Positions 49,358-58,917 are shown, counted from the first letter of the stretch. The stretch is DNA of 64,000 bases from an uncultured Clostridia bacterium (GCA_934454145.1 CAKSFT010000006.1:65149-129148); one strand, 5' to 3'. A program made the numbers and translations. The notes: generated by a model not told the origin, from the sequence alone.

Positions 49358-51478
49358 TTACATACTTCTCCTATCCTTTATTTCCGCCATCTTGGCCTCG
49401 TTCAGGCGCGTGTCGCCTTTCACCCTGGAATACGAAAGATATCCGTTCATACGGTCTATTTTGGTGAGGTTTTTGCTGCCGCACTTGGGGCATACGTCCA
49501 TCTCCAGCTCCTGGTGTCCGCAGTCGTCACAATAAGCAAGAGAAAGGTTTACACCCTCATAAAATCCCATGTCCATCGCACGGCGTATCAGGGTTTTGAC
49601 AGCCTCGACATTATAATCAATCGGATACTTGACATACTGGATTTTGCCGCCGTTCATCAAATTCCAGAAACGGTTCTCCAAATCCTGCTTCATAATCGGG
49701 GTGATGTCCTCCGACACATGGCAATGGAAGCTGTTTGACACATACTCCCTGTCCGACACATTTTCGATTATGCCATATTTTTTCCTGAATTGCTTAATCT
49801 GCAATCCGCAGAGATTCTCGGCAGGGGTGCCGTACATTGCGTACAAAACACCATCTTCTTTTTTGAATTCTGCTACCTTTTCATTTATGTGCTCCATAAC
49901 CTTTATGGCAAATTCTCCGTCCTCAACCAGCGATTTTTTGTTATAAAGCTGCTGCAATTCATTCAGGGCTGTTATGCCAAAGGATGCCGTTGCGGTTTTC
50001 AGAAGCGGCTTTATCTTGTCATGTATGCCCAGATGTCCGCCATAAAATCCGCCTTCACAATAGGCAAGCGGATTTGTGGAGGCGCGCATCTCGCCCAGAT
50101 AGTCATATGTCCTCAGATGAAGGTTCCTTATGAGATTCAGATAATAATCCAATACTTCATAAAAATCGCGGCTCTCTTTTTGCGCCTTTGCATAAATCAT
50201 CGGCAGATGCAGGCTGACCGCGCCGATGTTGAACCTCCCCACAAATACCGGCATGTCATTCTCGTCTGCCGGCTCCATGCCGCCTTTTTCATACCACGGC
50301 GACAAGAACGCGCGGCAGCCCATCGGAGAAATAACCTTTTTATATTTTTTGTAAATACCGGCAACATAGCCCTCACCCGTAAGCGACAGCCAGTCGGGGT
50401 ACATCGTTTTTCTCGAGCACTCCACCCCGGCCTCAAACACGTCCTCAAGCTCTTTGCCCGGGCCGTGCAGTTCTTCGTCATACAAAAATACGATTTTGGG
50501 GAAAAGCACCGGCTTTTTGCACCATTTCTTCCCCTGTCCCTTGCGGCGCACGTTGAGCATGATTATTGATGCCATTTTTTCAAACCTGCCTGTCCCCAGC
50601 CCGGCCGTCACCGTGATAAACGGATAATCGCCGCGGCTTGACGCGACAGTGTTAAATTTGTATTCCCAGCCCTGGAATCCTTGCTCAAAGTCAAGCGTAA
50701 TGTCCTTCATCGCCTCTTTTTCGCACACTTCCTCGGGGAGTCCCAGTTCTCTGTATTTTTCAAGCTGCTTATTATAGCTCTTTTCCGCATACGGCGCCAG
50801 GATTTTGTCCACCTCCGGCACAGTAAAACCGCCGTATTGCTGACTCGCCGCAGAAAGCACAATGTCCCCGATGACGTCAAACGCAACGTCCAGCGTCTTT
50901 GGCTCGTTATACCACAGGTTGCCCATCTCAAAGCCGCCCTCAAGCACGGTTTTGACATCAAACAAACAGCAATTCATCGTATCGCGCCTTGCCGACATGT
51001 CATGTACATAGATATAGCCCTCTCTGCATGCCTGCAATTCTTCCACGGTCATGAAAAACTTTTGGTACAGCTCTTTGTTTAGCTGGTTAAAAATAAGCGA
51101 ACGCTTTGTCGAAACAAGTGCAGAATCGGAATTTGAATTTTCCTTGTCCCCGATATACATGATTGCCTGACTCTTCTGGTACACTTCGTCAAGCATGTGC
51201 ACAAAGTCCTGCTTATAGTTTCTGTAATCCCTGTAGCTTTTTGCAACCACAGGGTTGACCATGTCAAGCGCACCCTCAACAATGTTGTGCATCTCCGATA
51301 TATGTATCTCATCTTTTTTAAGATTCAACACACGGCTGTCCACAAATATACATATTTTTTGTATTTCTTCATCAGTAAAAGTAATAAGCGCACGAAAGGC
51401 GGACTTTTTCACCGCTGTGACAACTTTTTGTACATTGTATTCTTCTTTTGTGCCGTCCTTTTTGATAATATAAATCAT
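49358..51478 (-). CDS. nrdD: Anaerobic ribonucleoside-triphosphate reductase
   Basis: N-terminal ATP-cone (IIKKDGTKEEYNVQKV), C-terminal Zn ribbon CDDCGH...CPKCGS and a glycyl-radical-type RMNGY. Start at MIYIIKK with GGAGG upstream. Confidence 0.93.
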   Translation of the reverse strand: MIYIIKKDGTKEEYNVQKVVTAVKKSAFRALITFTDEEIQKICIFVDSRVLNLKKDEIHISEMHNIVEGALDMVNPVVAKSYRDYRNYKQDFVHMLDEVYQKSQAIMYIGDKENSNSDSALVSTKRSLIFNQLNKELYQKFFMTVEELQACREGYIYVHDMSARRDTMNCCLFDVKTVLEGGFEMGNLWYNEPKTLDVAFDVIGDIVLSAASQQYGGFTVPEVDKILAPYAEKSYNKQLEKYRELGLPEEVCEKEAMKDITLDFEQGFQGWEYKFNTVASSRGDYPFITVTAGLGTGRFEKMASIIMLNVRRKGQGKKWCKKPVLFPKIVFLYDEELHGPGKELEDVFEAGVECSRKTMYPDWLSLTGEGYVAGIYKKYKKVISPMGCRAFLSPWYEKGGMEPADENDMPVFVGRFNIGAVSLHLPMIYAKAQKESRDFYEVLDYYLNLIRNLHLRTYDYLGEMRASTNPLAYCEGGFYGGHLGIHDKIKPLLKTATASFGITALNELQQLYNKKSLVEDGEFAIKVMEHINEKVAEFKKEDGVLYAMYGTPAENLCGLQIKQFRKKYGIIENVSDREYVSNSFHCHVSEDITPIMKQDLENRFWNLMNGGKIQYVKYPIDYNVEAVKTLIRRAMDMGFYEGVNLSLAYCDDCGHQELEMDVCPKCGSKNLTKIDRMNGYLSYSRVKGDTRLNEAKMAEIKDRRSM

Positions 51479-51523
51479 CTTTTGTTTCCTCCATCGGTCT
51501 TTCCTCAAAATTTTACATAAAAA

Positions 51524-51645
51524 GCACTATATATGCCATCCACAGCATGGTGTGCGCGGCATTTTGCCTTGTTGCAATACAACCGACATACAATATATAG
51601 TATGCCGGTTGTTTTTTGCAGTTCATATTATACTATATATTATAC
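51524..51645. promoter_or_regulatory. Putative NrdR boxes upstream of nrdD
   Basis: AT-core palindromes of the acaCwAtATaTwGtgt type:
- GCACTATATATGC at 51524-51536
- CATACAATATATAGTATG at 51587-51604
- TATACTATATATTATAC at 51629-51645. Confidence 0.5.
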
Positions 51646-51815
51646 ATCATACAAAGAGATAATACAAGTTTTTTTTGTCTGTCATTTTGCACCAAAAACA
51701 CCGTTTGCTTTTATGCATATTGTCAATTATGATAATTGATTTTTTGGGGCAATTTGTGGTAAAATAAATAGCATATAAAAATGTTTTATTTTCGTATAAT
51801 TATGAGGTGAAAATT

Positions 51816-52280
51816 ATGACAAAAAAACCCCCGTCGGATTCATACACAGAGCAGGTGCAGATTGTGTCGCAGGCAGACCTGAACGGTTTTTCACGTCTTT
51901 TTGGCGGAAGGCTTATGCAATGGATAGACATTGTCGCCGCGGTGTGCGCCAGACGCCATTGCGAGTGCAATGTCATAACAGCCATGGTTGACAAGCTGGA
52001 ATTCCATGCCGCGGCATATGCAAACGACATAATACTCCTGACCGCAAAAGTGACCTATACCGGGAAAACCTCCATGGAGATATGCGTGGAATCGTACGTC
52101 GAAAAGAGCAACGGCAAGCGGCTTTTGATAAACCGTGCGTTTTTCATCATGGTTGCGATGGATAAAAACGAAGTCCCGGCGCCCGTGCCGCAGCTTGACC
52201 CGCAGACGCCCAAAGAAAGGCTGGCATGGGAAGAAGGGTTTAAAAGATACCTTGCGCGCAGAGAAAAGCCACATTCATAA
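51816..52280 (+). CDS. Acyl-CoA thioesterase (hotdog fold, YciA-like)
   Basis: PSDSYTEQVQIVSQADLNGFSRLFGGRLMQWID...TSMEI pattern. ATG at 51816 with GAGG 8 nt upstream. Confidence 0.8.
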   Translation: MTKKPPSDSYTEQVQIVSQADLNGFSRLFGGRLMQWIDIVAAVCARRHCECNVITAMVDKLEFHAAAYANDIILLTAKVTYTGKTSMEICVESYVEKSNGKRLLINRAFFIMVAMDKNEVPAPVPQLDPQTPKERLAWEEGFKRYLARREKPHS

Positions 52281-52345
52281 TACGTCAAAAATATACAAAA
52301 TTTTCGTTTATTTTTTCTTAAATTACATTAAATACCTCATAAAGG

Positions 52346-52375
52346 TTGACATGTACCAAAAAAAAGTGATATAAT
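52346..52375 (+). promoter_or_regulatory. Sigma-70-type promoter for the LCP genes: TTGACA, 18 nt spacer, TATAAT
   Basis: TTGACA at 52346-52351, 18-nt spacer, TATAAT at 52370-52375. Confidence 0.55.
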
Positions 52376-52423
52376 GTGTTTGTTTGGTAAAAATTCTGTT
52401 TTGGCAGAAAAGGGGATAAAAGA

Positions 52424-53356
52424 GTGAAAAGAGCAAAGAAAACCGAAAAAAAAGCATTTATCATTGACTTCAGGATTCTGTTCGGCGCTCTTTTTGTGTT
52501 TATCGCCGCTTTTGTCTTTATTATTGTTCTGAGCGGGCTGACGGGGGAAAATGAGTCCCGCACAAAGACCGAACCGGTCAACGGACAAAGGATAAATCTG
52601 CTTGTAACAGGCTTTGACGCAGACGGGATACGCACCGACCTGATTATGGTTTCATCTCTTGAAACCGCGTCAAAGAAAGCCGACATACTTTTGATTCCCG
52701 AAAACACACGTATGTATGTAGGCGGGAGATATCAAAAAATAAGCGCGGCACATGCCATCACCCAAAACGGCAGGCAAAACGGAGTAGGCGGAACCGTAGA
52801 GGCAATACGCCGCCTGACCGCAATTGAACTTAACTACTACATCGAATTTTCAAGTGATTCATTTATAAAGTTTACCGACGCCCTTGGGGGGATAGAATTT
52901 GATGTACCGCAAACCATGAAATACTCCGACCCTCTCCAAAATCTTGACATAGATTTGAAAAACGGGTATCAGCGCCTGAACGGCAAAAAAGCGTGCGACC
53001 TGATACGCTTTGTGTCCTACAAAAACGGGCCCGAAGGGCGCACCGCTCTTCAGTCGGAATTTTTTGCGGAATTTGCGGCACAAAAACTTAACCCGAAGTA
53101 TATCGGCATGCTTCCCGGGCTTTTCCGGGACATTGACATAAACACAAACCTCACAGCAAAGGACGCAGTAAGCTATGCCAATCTCCTTCTTTCCCTTGAC
53201 AGCAGTGACATATCTTTTCACATCTGCCCCGGGCATCAGGAGGAACAGGGCGTGACATACTGGATTCCCGACACAGAAGCGCTGAAGTCGCTTATACGGG
53301 AAAATTTTGGCTGTGACCCGAAAAACATAACTGCCAACAAACCAAAAAAAGATTAA
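52424..53356 (+). CDS. LCP (LytR-CpsA-Psr) family protein
   Basis: 310 aa. Basic N-terminus, one TM segment, then INLLVTGFDADGIRTDLIMV...IPENTRMYV and an LCP core. GTG start. Confidence 0.85.
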   Translation: MKRAKKTEKKAFIIDFRILFGALFVFIAAFVFIIVLSGLTGENESRTKTEPVNGQRINLLVTGFDADGIRTDLIMVSSLETASKKADILLIPENTRMYVGGRYQKISAAHAITQNGRQNGVGGTVEAIRRLTAIELNYYIEFSSDSFIKFTDALGGIEFDVPQTMKYSDPLQNLDIDLKNGYQRLNGKKACDLIRFVSYKNGPEGRTALQSEFFAEFAAQKLNPKYIGMLPGLFRDIDINTNLTAKDAVSYANLLLSLDSSDISFHICPGHQEEQGVTYWIPDTEALKSLIRENFGCDPKNITANKPKKD

Positions 53357-53369
53357 AGAGGTAATTATT

Positions 53370-55139
53370 GTGAAAAGAGCCAGGAATAAAAGATTTAACC
53401 GAAAAAATAATATTGAAGAAGAAACACTGCAAAGATACACTGCCCAAGAGGACAGTTCCGCATACGCCGCCGACGATTCCGAGCCGAACGACTTTGCGCT
53501 CCCGGACGAGGTTTTCTCATCGGGCAATCAGGGCGCGGGCGGCGAGCCTGTGCATACAGACTTTGAAAACACCGCATCGGAAACGGAGCCGGATAATTTC
53601 GCGGTCACAGACAACGCTTTTGCAGCAGACATCACATCGGAACCGTCCGATTTTGAAAACACCGCAGAGGAAGAAATCCCCTTTGCCGCCGGTGCATTTG
53701 CCGGGGATATAATCCAACAGGAGCCGGGCGCCGAAAAACCGCAGCAAGTTCATCATTCGGAGGATTATTTGAAGAGAAAAGCCATGAACAAGAAAAAATT
53801 TGAACAAAAAAGAAAACGCAAAAGAGTCAGAACCGTCTGCATAGGTGTGCTTCTGCTTCTTGTTGTCACCGCCACGGTGATTCTGGGGCTTGATTTCTCG
53901 GGCGGCGACGGAGAAGGATTTACCACCCCTGTCGATACTCAGACAGGGAAACTAAACATTCTGCTTTTGGGCGTGGACAAAGACGGCGAGCGAAGCGACT
54001 CAATCATGCTTGTAAGCTATGATTTTGACGACCATTCGATAAATCTGCTTTCTGTCCCGCGTGACACAAAGATGTACGTGACCGACCGTGACGTGACGCG
54101 CAAAATCACAGAAGTACATGGCATGCACAACAGTGCCGGGAAGATGTACGGCGCGGCGGCAGTCGCCGAATCGGTGACCTCTCTGACAGGGATTCCGATA
54201 AACTATTATCTTGAATTTTCTTTTGACGCACTTGACAATGTCATGGATATCCTTGGGCCTGTCACCTTTGACGTGCCGGACATTGAAGGCGGCGGCAAGG
54301 GCATGAACTATGATGACGGTTATCAGGATTTGCATATCCACCTCAAACCCGGTGTGCAAGAGCTTTCGGGCAATCAGATACAGCAATTTTTGCGTTACAG
54401 AAAGAGCAACCGCGGCACAACCGACGGCAGTGATATCAGCCGTGTCGGACGCCAGCAGGAATTGCTCAAAGCTATAATTGACCAAAAGGTAAACCTTGAA
54501 CTTATCATAAAAATACCGGATATTTTTAAGGAAATGAAAACACAGCTGAAAACCAACTTTGGGCTCAAGGACGTAATCAAATATGCCGGATACTTAAAAG
54601 ACATATCCAGCGAAAACATGAATACCTATGTCCTGCCCGGCGAGTCTGCAAAAACCAGCGGTGCATGGTATTATATCTGTGATATGAATGCGACGGCAGA
54701 CTTAATCAGCACAACATTCGGCTATCCCGTGACTGTGAATCAGCTCACAAATGAGATAAGCCTGACCGGCAAAAAAACCTCCGGCAAAACCACACAGTCG
54801 TCGGAAACAAAAAAGAATGACACGTCAAACTCAGGCAAAACATCTTCAAATAAAGATTCGCAAGGCAGTTCTTCCAAAAAATCTTCATCCGGCACTTCTT
54901 CAAAGAACACGCAGGACAGCAATACTCCCAAGAACACTTCAACAAGCCAAACCGAATCCGCCCCGAAGAAGAATGACACCACGTCCTCCGGCAAGAACAA
55001 CGAGGAACCAAAGCACACCACAACTGATTCCGCGACAGAAACAACGCCAAAGCATGAGGACAAAACCACAACCGAAACCGAAACACCAAAACCTTCGGAA
55101 TCATCAGACAATGATGATGAAACAATTTCGCTTGACTAA
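53370..55139 (+). CDS. LCP family protein with a long acidic N-terminal region and a Ser/Thr/Lys-rich C-terminal tail
   Basis: 589 aa. TM segment near aa 155. LCP core LNILLLGVDKDGERSDSIMLVSYD...VPRDTKMYV. C-terminal ~120 aa of low complexity. GTG start. Confidence 0.85.
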   Translation: MKRARNKRFNRKNNIEEETLQRYTAQEDSSAYAADDSEPNDFALPDEVFSSGNQGAGGEPVHTDFENTASETEPDNFAVTDNAFAADITSEPSDFENTAEEEIPFAAGAFAGDIIQQEPGAEKPQQVHHSEDYLKRKAMNKKKFEQKRKRKRVRTVCIGVLLLLVVTATVILGLDFSGGDGEGFTTPVDTQTGKLNILLLGVDKDGERSDSIMLVSYDFDDHSINLLSVPRDTKMYVTDRDVTRKITEVHGMHNSAGKMYGAAAVAESVTSLTGIPINYYLEFSFDALDNVMDILGPVTFDVPDIEGGGKGMNYDDGYQDLHIHLKPGVQELSGNQIQQFLRYRKSNRGTTDGSDISRVGRQQELLKAIIDQKVNLELIIKIPDIFKEMKTQLKTNFGLKDVIKYAGYLKDISSENMNTYVLPGESAKTSGAWYYICDMNATADLISTTFGYPVTVNQLTNEISLTGKKTSGKTTQSSETKKNDTSNSGKTSSNKDSQGSSSKKSSSGTSSKNTQDSNTPKNTSTSQTESAPKKNDTTSSGKNNEEPKHTTTDSATETTPKHEDKTTTETETPKPSESSDNDDETISLD

Positions 55140-55156
55140 TCAACGAAAAGGTGCAA

Positions 55157-55204
55157 AAAAGGAGCTGCAACAAAATGTGATGATTTTGTTACAGCTCCTT
55201 TTAA
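55157..55204. terminator. Bidirectional terminator between LCP2 and the NUDIX remnant
   Basis: AAAAGGAGCTG.AACAAAAT-loop-ATTTTGTT.CAGCTCCTTTT. Confidence 0.7.
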
Positions 55205-55238
55205 GTTTTTTTGAAAATATTGCATAACAAAGTTCTTA

Positions 55239-55565
55239 TCAGTCAAAAATTGTCCTCCAATCCGGGGCGCAAAACGCATCAAAACATATTTTTATCTGTT
55301 CTTTATTGTTCTTTTCTTCTGCCAAAACGGGCAATTCATCATATGAAAAATACGCACTCCCCACGGTTTCAATATTTTCTTTGAATCCTCCGCCCAAAAC
55401 AGAACACATCACAAATATTTTGCACACCTTGTACGCATAAACCGGCAAGTTGTGTTTTTTCCTGTCCTGTACGGCGATAACCGCGTCGGCGCTGACGTCC
55501 AGCCCTGCCTGTGCAAGGCTTTGTAATTCCACTGCCTAGTCCAGCCATTTTTCATTTTTATCCAT
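55239..55565 (-). pseudogene. Decayed NUDIX hydrolase gene (in-frame TAG, Nudix box missing)
   Basis: Reading the minus strand from the ATG at 55565 gives MDKNEKWLD*AVELQSLAQAGL..., matching the KWL.WA.ELQ.LAQ.GL start of the Nudix N-terminal domain. A TAG at 55536-55538 sits where Trp is expected. The remaining 97 aa lack a GX5EX7REUXEEXGU box. Confidence 0.6.
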
Positions 55566-55580
55566 AACTGCTTACCCCTA

Positions 55581-56408
55581 TCAAAACCATCTTTTCCTTT
55601 TTATAAACCGATACATAAAACAACATACCACAACGCTGAATATTATCACAAAAAGATATCCGAATTTCCAGCCATATTCCGGCATGGCAAAATTCATTCC
55701 ATACCACCCCACAATCAGCGAAAGCGGAAGAAATATTGCCGTTATTATTGTGAAAATTTTCATAATCTGATTCTGTTCAATGTCAATCTGCGCCTGATAT
55801 GCTTCCCGTATCTGCGTCACATATTCCCTCAGATGCGCAACCGTTGCTTCGAGGTGGTCAATCCTGTGGCTGAGTGCCACAAAACGGTTCCTCAGCTTTT
55901 TGGGCATCGCCTCCGCCTCGTCCAGGGCAAGCATGTCTGCAACAGTGCTCAGCTGTTCATAATACCTCTTCATCTTCAGCAAAATACGCTTAAATATGAC
56001 AATGCGCGTCCCTGTGTCCTTTCTCAGTTCTTTTGAGGTAATAAGCTCTTCCTCCAAAACGCCAAACTCGTCCTCCATAGCGTCAAGCGTATCTATATCC
56101 CCTTCAATCAGCATATTGAAAAACATTTCAAGCATGCGCATAGAGCTTGTCTTTTCGCTTTCCCCCTCCGTCTCCGGCAGTCCCAGGTTGTCGCTTATCA
56201 AAACAAAATCTTTTTCATTGCAAAACACCGTCACGCGCTCTTCGGTTTTTGAAGTGTCCGTGATATCGCACCAGTCAAAAATTATCAAGTACGCTTTTTC
56301 CTCAAGAGGTATGCACAAATGGCGTATACCCTCCTGCCATGCATAAACGCTGTCCCCGACATATCTGCGCAGAACCTCGGCGCTGTCGGATTTAAACGCC
56401 ATGTTCAT
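55581..56408 (-). CDS. corA: CorA-family magnesium/cobalt transporter
   Basis: C-terminal two TM segments with the GWYGMNF motif. Start taken at the ATG at 56408 (GAGGGGG 8 nt upstream). Confidence 0.85.
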   Translation of the reverse strand: MNMAFKSDSAEVLRRYVGDSVYAWQEGIRHLCIPLEEKAYLIIFDWCDITDTSKTEERVTVFCNEKDFVLISDNLGLPETEGESEKTSSMRMLEMFFNMLIEGDIDTLDAMEDEFGVLEEELITSKELRKDTGTRIVIFKRILLKMKRYYEQLSTVADMLALDEAEAMPKKLRNRFVALSHRIDHLEATVAHLREYVTQIREAYQAQIDIEQNQIMKIFTIITAIFLPLSLIVGWYGMNFAMPEYGWKFGYLFVIIFSVVVCCFMYRFIKRKRWF

Positions 56409-56424
56409 CAAAAAATCCCCCTCA

Positions 56425-57597
56425 TCATGCTTTATACACCGTTTCACCGTCTATAACCGTCATCAGCACCTTTGCGCCAAACTCGCACGGCGGTTTGTCA
56501 AACAAAACAAAATCAGCGTCTTTCCCGACTTCTATGGAACCCACACGGTCATCAATGCCGCAATTTCTTGCGGCATTGATTGTGATGCCCGTGAGGGCAT
56601 ATTTTTTCTCCATGCCGTTTGCCGCTGCCATTGCCGCACACAGCGGCAGATTTTCTATTGTTATTTCCGGGTGGTCTGTTATGATGGCGACGGACAGTCC
56701 TGTTTCCGAAAGCTTTTTATATGTAGCAAAGCTGCTGCTTTTAAGCTCCGGCTTGCTTCTGTCACAAAGGGTCGGTCCCAGCATCACGGGGATTTCCTCT
56801 TTTTTCAGAATATCCGCAACAGTGCTCCCGTCTGTGCAATGCTCCACGGTCACCCGCAGGTCAAATTCCTTTTTTATCCTTATGGCACTGCATATATCAT
56901 CCGCCCTATGCGCATGAATTTTCACCGGTATTTCTTTTTTCAGCACAGGTATCAAAGCCTCAAGCTTGATGTCGAATTCGGGTTTGTCCGCCTCTTCCGG
57001 GTCATGGCGGTATTCCTCCCAATCCCTCATATATTCCTTTGCTTTATAAAGCGTTTCCCTTATCAAAGCCATGACCCCCATTCTTGTGACAGGCATCTGA
57101 CCTTTTGAATGATACACCGATTTTGGGTTTTCCCCCAGGGAAAACTTCATCGCCGCCGGTGCCTTTATCACCATGTCGTCCACGCACACACCCCGGGTTT
57201 TCATAGCGGCAAACTGACCGCTTATCGGGTTTGCGCTCCCCGGTCCTGTCAAAACCGTTGTCACCCCTGCCCTCACGGCGTCGGAAAAACCGCGGTCTTG
57301 CGGGTTTACGGCGTCTATGGCACGCATCTGCGGCGTCACCGGATCGGATTCTTCGTTTCCGTCGTCACCCTCAAAGCCCAGAGAGTCCTCAAACATTCCC
57401 AGATGGCTGTGCGCGTCTATAAGCCCCGGAAAAAGGCACTTGCCGCCGGCATCAATCACTTCGCCGACGTCAAATTCCGGCGTATCCTCCCCCACGTAAC
57501 GTATCTTGTCGTCATATATCACAATGCCGTTTTTTATCGGCTCACAACTCATGGTGTACACAATGGCATTCTTTATTTTTTTCACTTCTGCAATCAT
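56425..57597 (-). CDS. Amidohydrolase family protein (metal-dependent)
   Basis: 390 aa. PGLIDAHSHLG metal-binding motif and TIM-barrel amidohydrolase pattern. Confidence 0.8.
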   Translation of the reverse strand: MIAEVKKIKNAIVYTMSCEPIKNGIVIYDDKIRYVGEDTPEFDVGEVIDAGGKCLFPGLIDAHSHLGMFEDSLGFEGDDGNEESDPVTPQMRAIDAVNPQDRGFSDAVRAGVTTVLTGPGSANPISGQFAAMKTRGVCVDDMVIKAPAAMKFSLGENPKSVYHSKGQMPVTRMGVMALIRETLYKAKEYMRDWEEYRHDPEEADKPEFDIKLEALIPVLKKEIPVKIHAHRADDICSAIRIKKEFDLRVTVEHCTDGSTVADILKKEEIPVMLGPTLCDRSKPELKSSSFATYKKLSETGLSVAIITDHPEITIENLPLCAAMAAANGMEKKYALTGITINAARNCGIDDRVGSIEVGKDADFVLFDKPPCEFGAKVLMTVIDGETVYKA

Positions 57598-57619
57598 TCC
57601 TTCCTGCTTATCACAAAAT

Positions 57620-58537
57620 TTATCCCAACTGATTTATATAGCGGATTGCAGAAACAGCGGCAACCGCGCCGTCTGCTGCGGCGGTCACAATCTGCCGCAG
57701 CGGTGTGTCACGCACATCTCCGGCGGCAAAAATGCCCTTTACATCGGTCTGCATTTCGCGGTCTGTCCGCACAAAGCCGTCTTGGGTGAGAAAAACATAC
57801 TTGCCGGCAAGTTCGCTTTTCGGCACTCTGCCAATTGCCACAAAAACCGCCGATGTTTCTATTGTGCTTTCTCTTTTTGTCTGCACATTCTTAATCGTCA
57901 CCGAATCAACGGCGTCCTTGCCATGGATACACTCCACCACGCTGTCGGTGACAATCTCTATCCTGCCGTTGTTCATGGCTTGTTCCACAAGCTTGCGGTC
58001 TGCACGGAATTTTTGACTTCTGTGCACAAGATACACCTTCGGCGAAAATCTTGACAAATACAGCGCATCTTCAAATGCTGTGTTTCCGCCCCCGACCACA
58101 AGCGTTGTCTGCCCCCTGAAAAAAGCGCCGTCACATGTGGCACAATATGAAACGCCCAGACCCGAAAAAGTGTCCTCGCCGGGCACGCCGAGTTTCCGCG
58201 GTTCGGCACCTGTGGCAAAAATAACCGTATTTGTGCTGTATTCGTTTCTTCTGGTTTTCACAATCTTTATTTCCTTGTCACAGCCGTCAATTTCCCTCAC
58301 CTTTTCGGTGACAATCTGTGCGCCAAGCTTTTCGGCGTGCTTTCTGAAATTGTTTGAAAGTTCTTCGCCTTTCGGATTCTCATAAAATCCCGGATAATTG
58401 TCAACATCATATGTGTAATTTATCTGACCGCCGCAGCTCAGCTCCTCCAGCACAAGGGTTTTCATTCCGCCGCGGCATGCATATATCGCGGCGGACAGCC
58501 CGGCCGCGCCGCCGCCTATGATTACTATATCGTACAT
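57620..58537 (-). CDS. trxB: Thioredoxin-disulfide reductase
   Basis: YDIVIIGGGAAG, redox-active CATCDG, GGGNTAFE. Start at MYDIVI. Confidence 0.92.
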   Translation of the reverse strand: MYDIVIIGGGAAGLSAAIYACRGGMKTLVLEELSCGGQINYTYDVDNYPGFYENPKGEELSNNFRKHAEKLGAQIVTEKVREIDGCDKEIKIVKTRRNEYSTNTVIFATGAEPRKLGVPGEDTFSGLGVSYCATCDGAFFRGQTTLVVGGGNTAFEDALYLSRFSPKVYLVHRSQKFRADRKLVEQAMNNGRIEIVTDSVVECIHGKDAVDSVTIKNVQTKRESTIETSAVFVAIGRVPKSELAGKYVFLTQDGFVRTDREMQTDVKGIFAAGDVRDTPLRQIVTAAADGAVAAVSAIRYINQLG

Positions 58538-58640
58538 ATCCAAAATACCTCTCTTTTTTTGGTTCTTTATACTATTATATACCAATGCCATACATTTAAC
58601 AAGTATTATTTCAAAATATTCTCCTCACCTTTAGCAAAAT

Positions 58641-58860
58641 AGGTAATTGTAAAATGTAAATTTTACAATTACCACCGCATCTTTGCGGGGGTATCGGGGG
58701 TGCCAACCCCTGATTGGTAATCAAAAATGACGACATGTGCGTCATTTTTGGCTGAAATAAAAAGTTTCAACCTGTCGTGAAGTTAAAACCGGATGGAACT
58801 TTTTATTTCTACCCAAGAATTTTAATTGGAAACGTTAGTTTTACAATTACTTATTTATGC
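58641..58860. mobile_element. MITE-like non-coding element, family P copy B (inverted relative to copy A)
   Basis: The reverse complement aligns end to end with 15148-15360. By manual alignment there are roughly a dozen substitutions and a few 1-2 nt indels. Confidence 0.7.
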
Positions 58861-58917
58861 AAAAATAAAGGGTCACGGCAAAATCTGCTCTGCCGCAACC
58901 CTTTTGACAAGCCGATA

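Noticed and set aside
55536-55538. In-frame TAG in the NUDIX remnant as a recoded (pyrrolysine or read-through) codon.
   Set aside because: The window has no pyl genes and no PYLIS-like context. The downstream part of the gene also lacks the catalytic Nudix box, so simple decay is the economical explanation.
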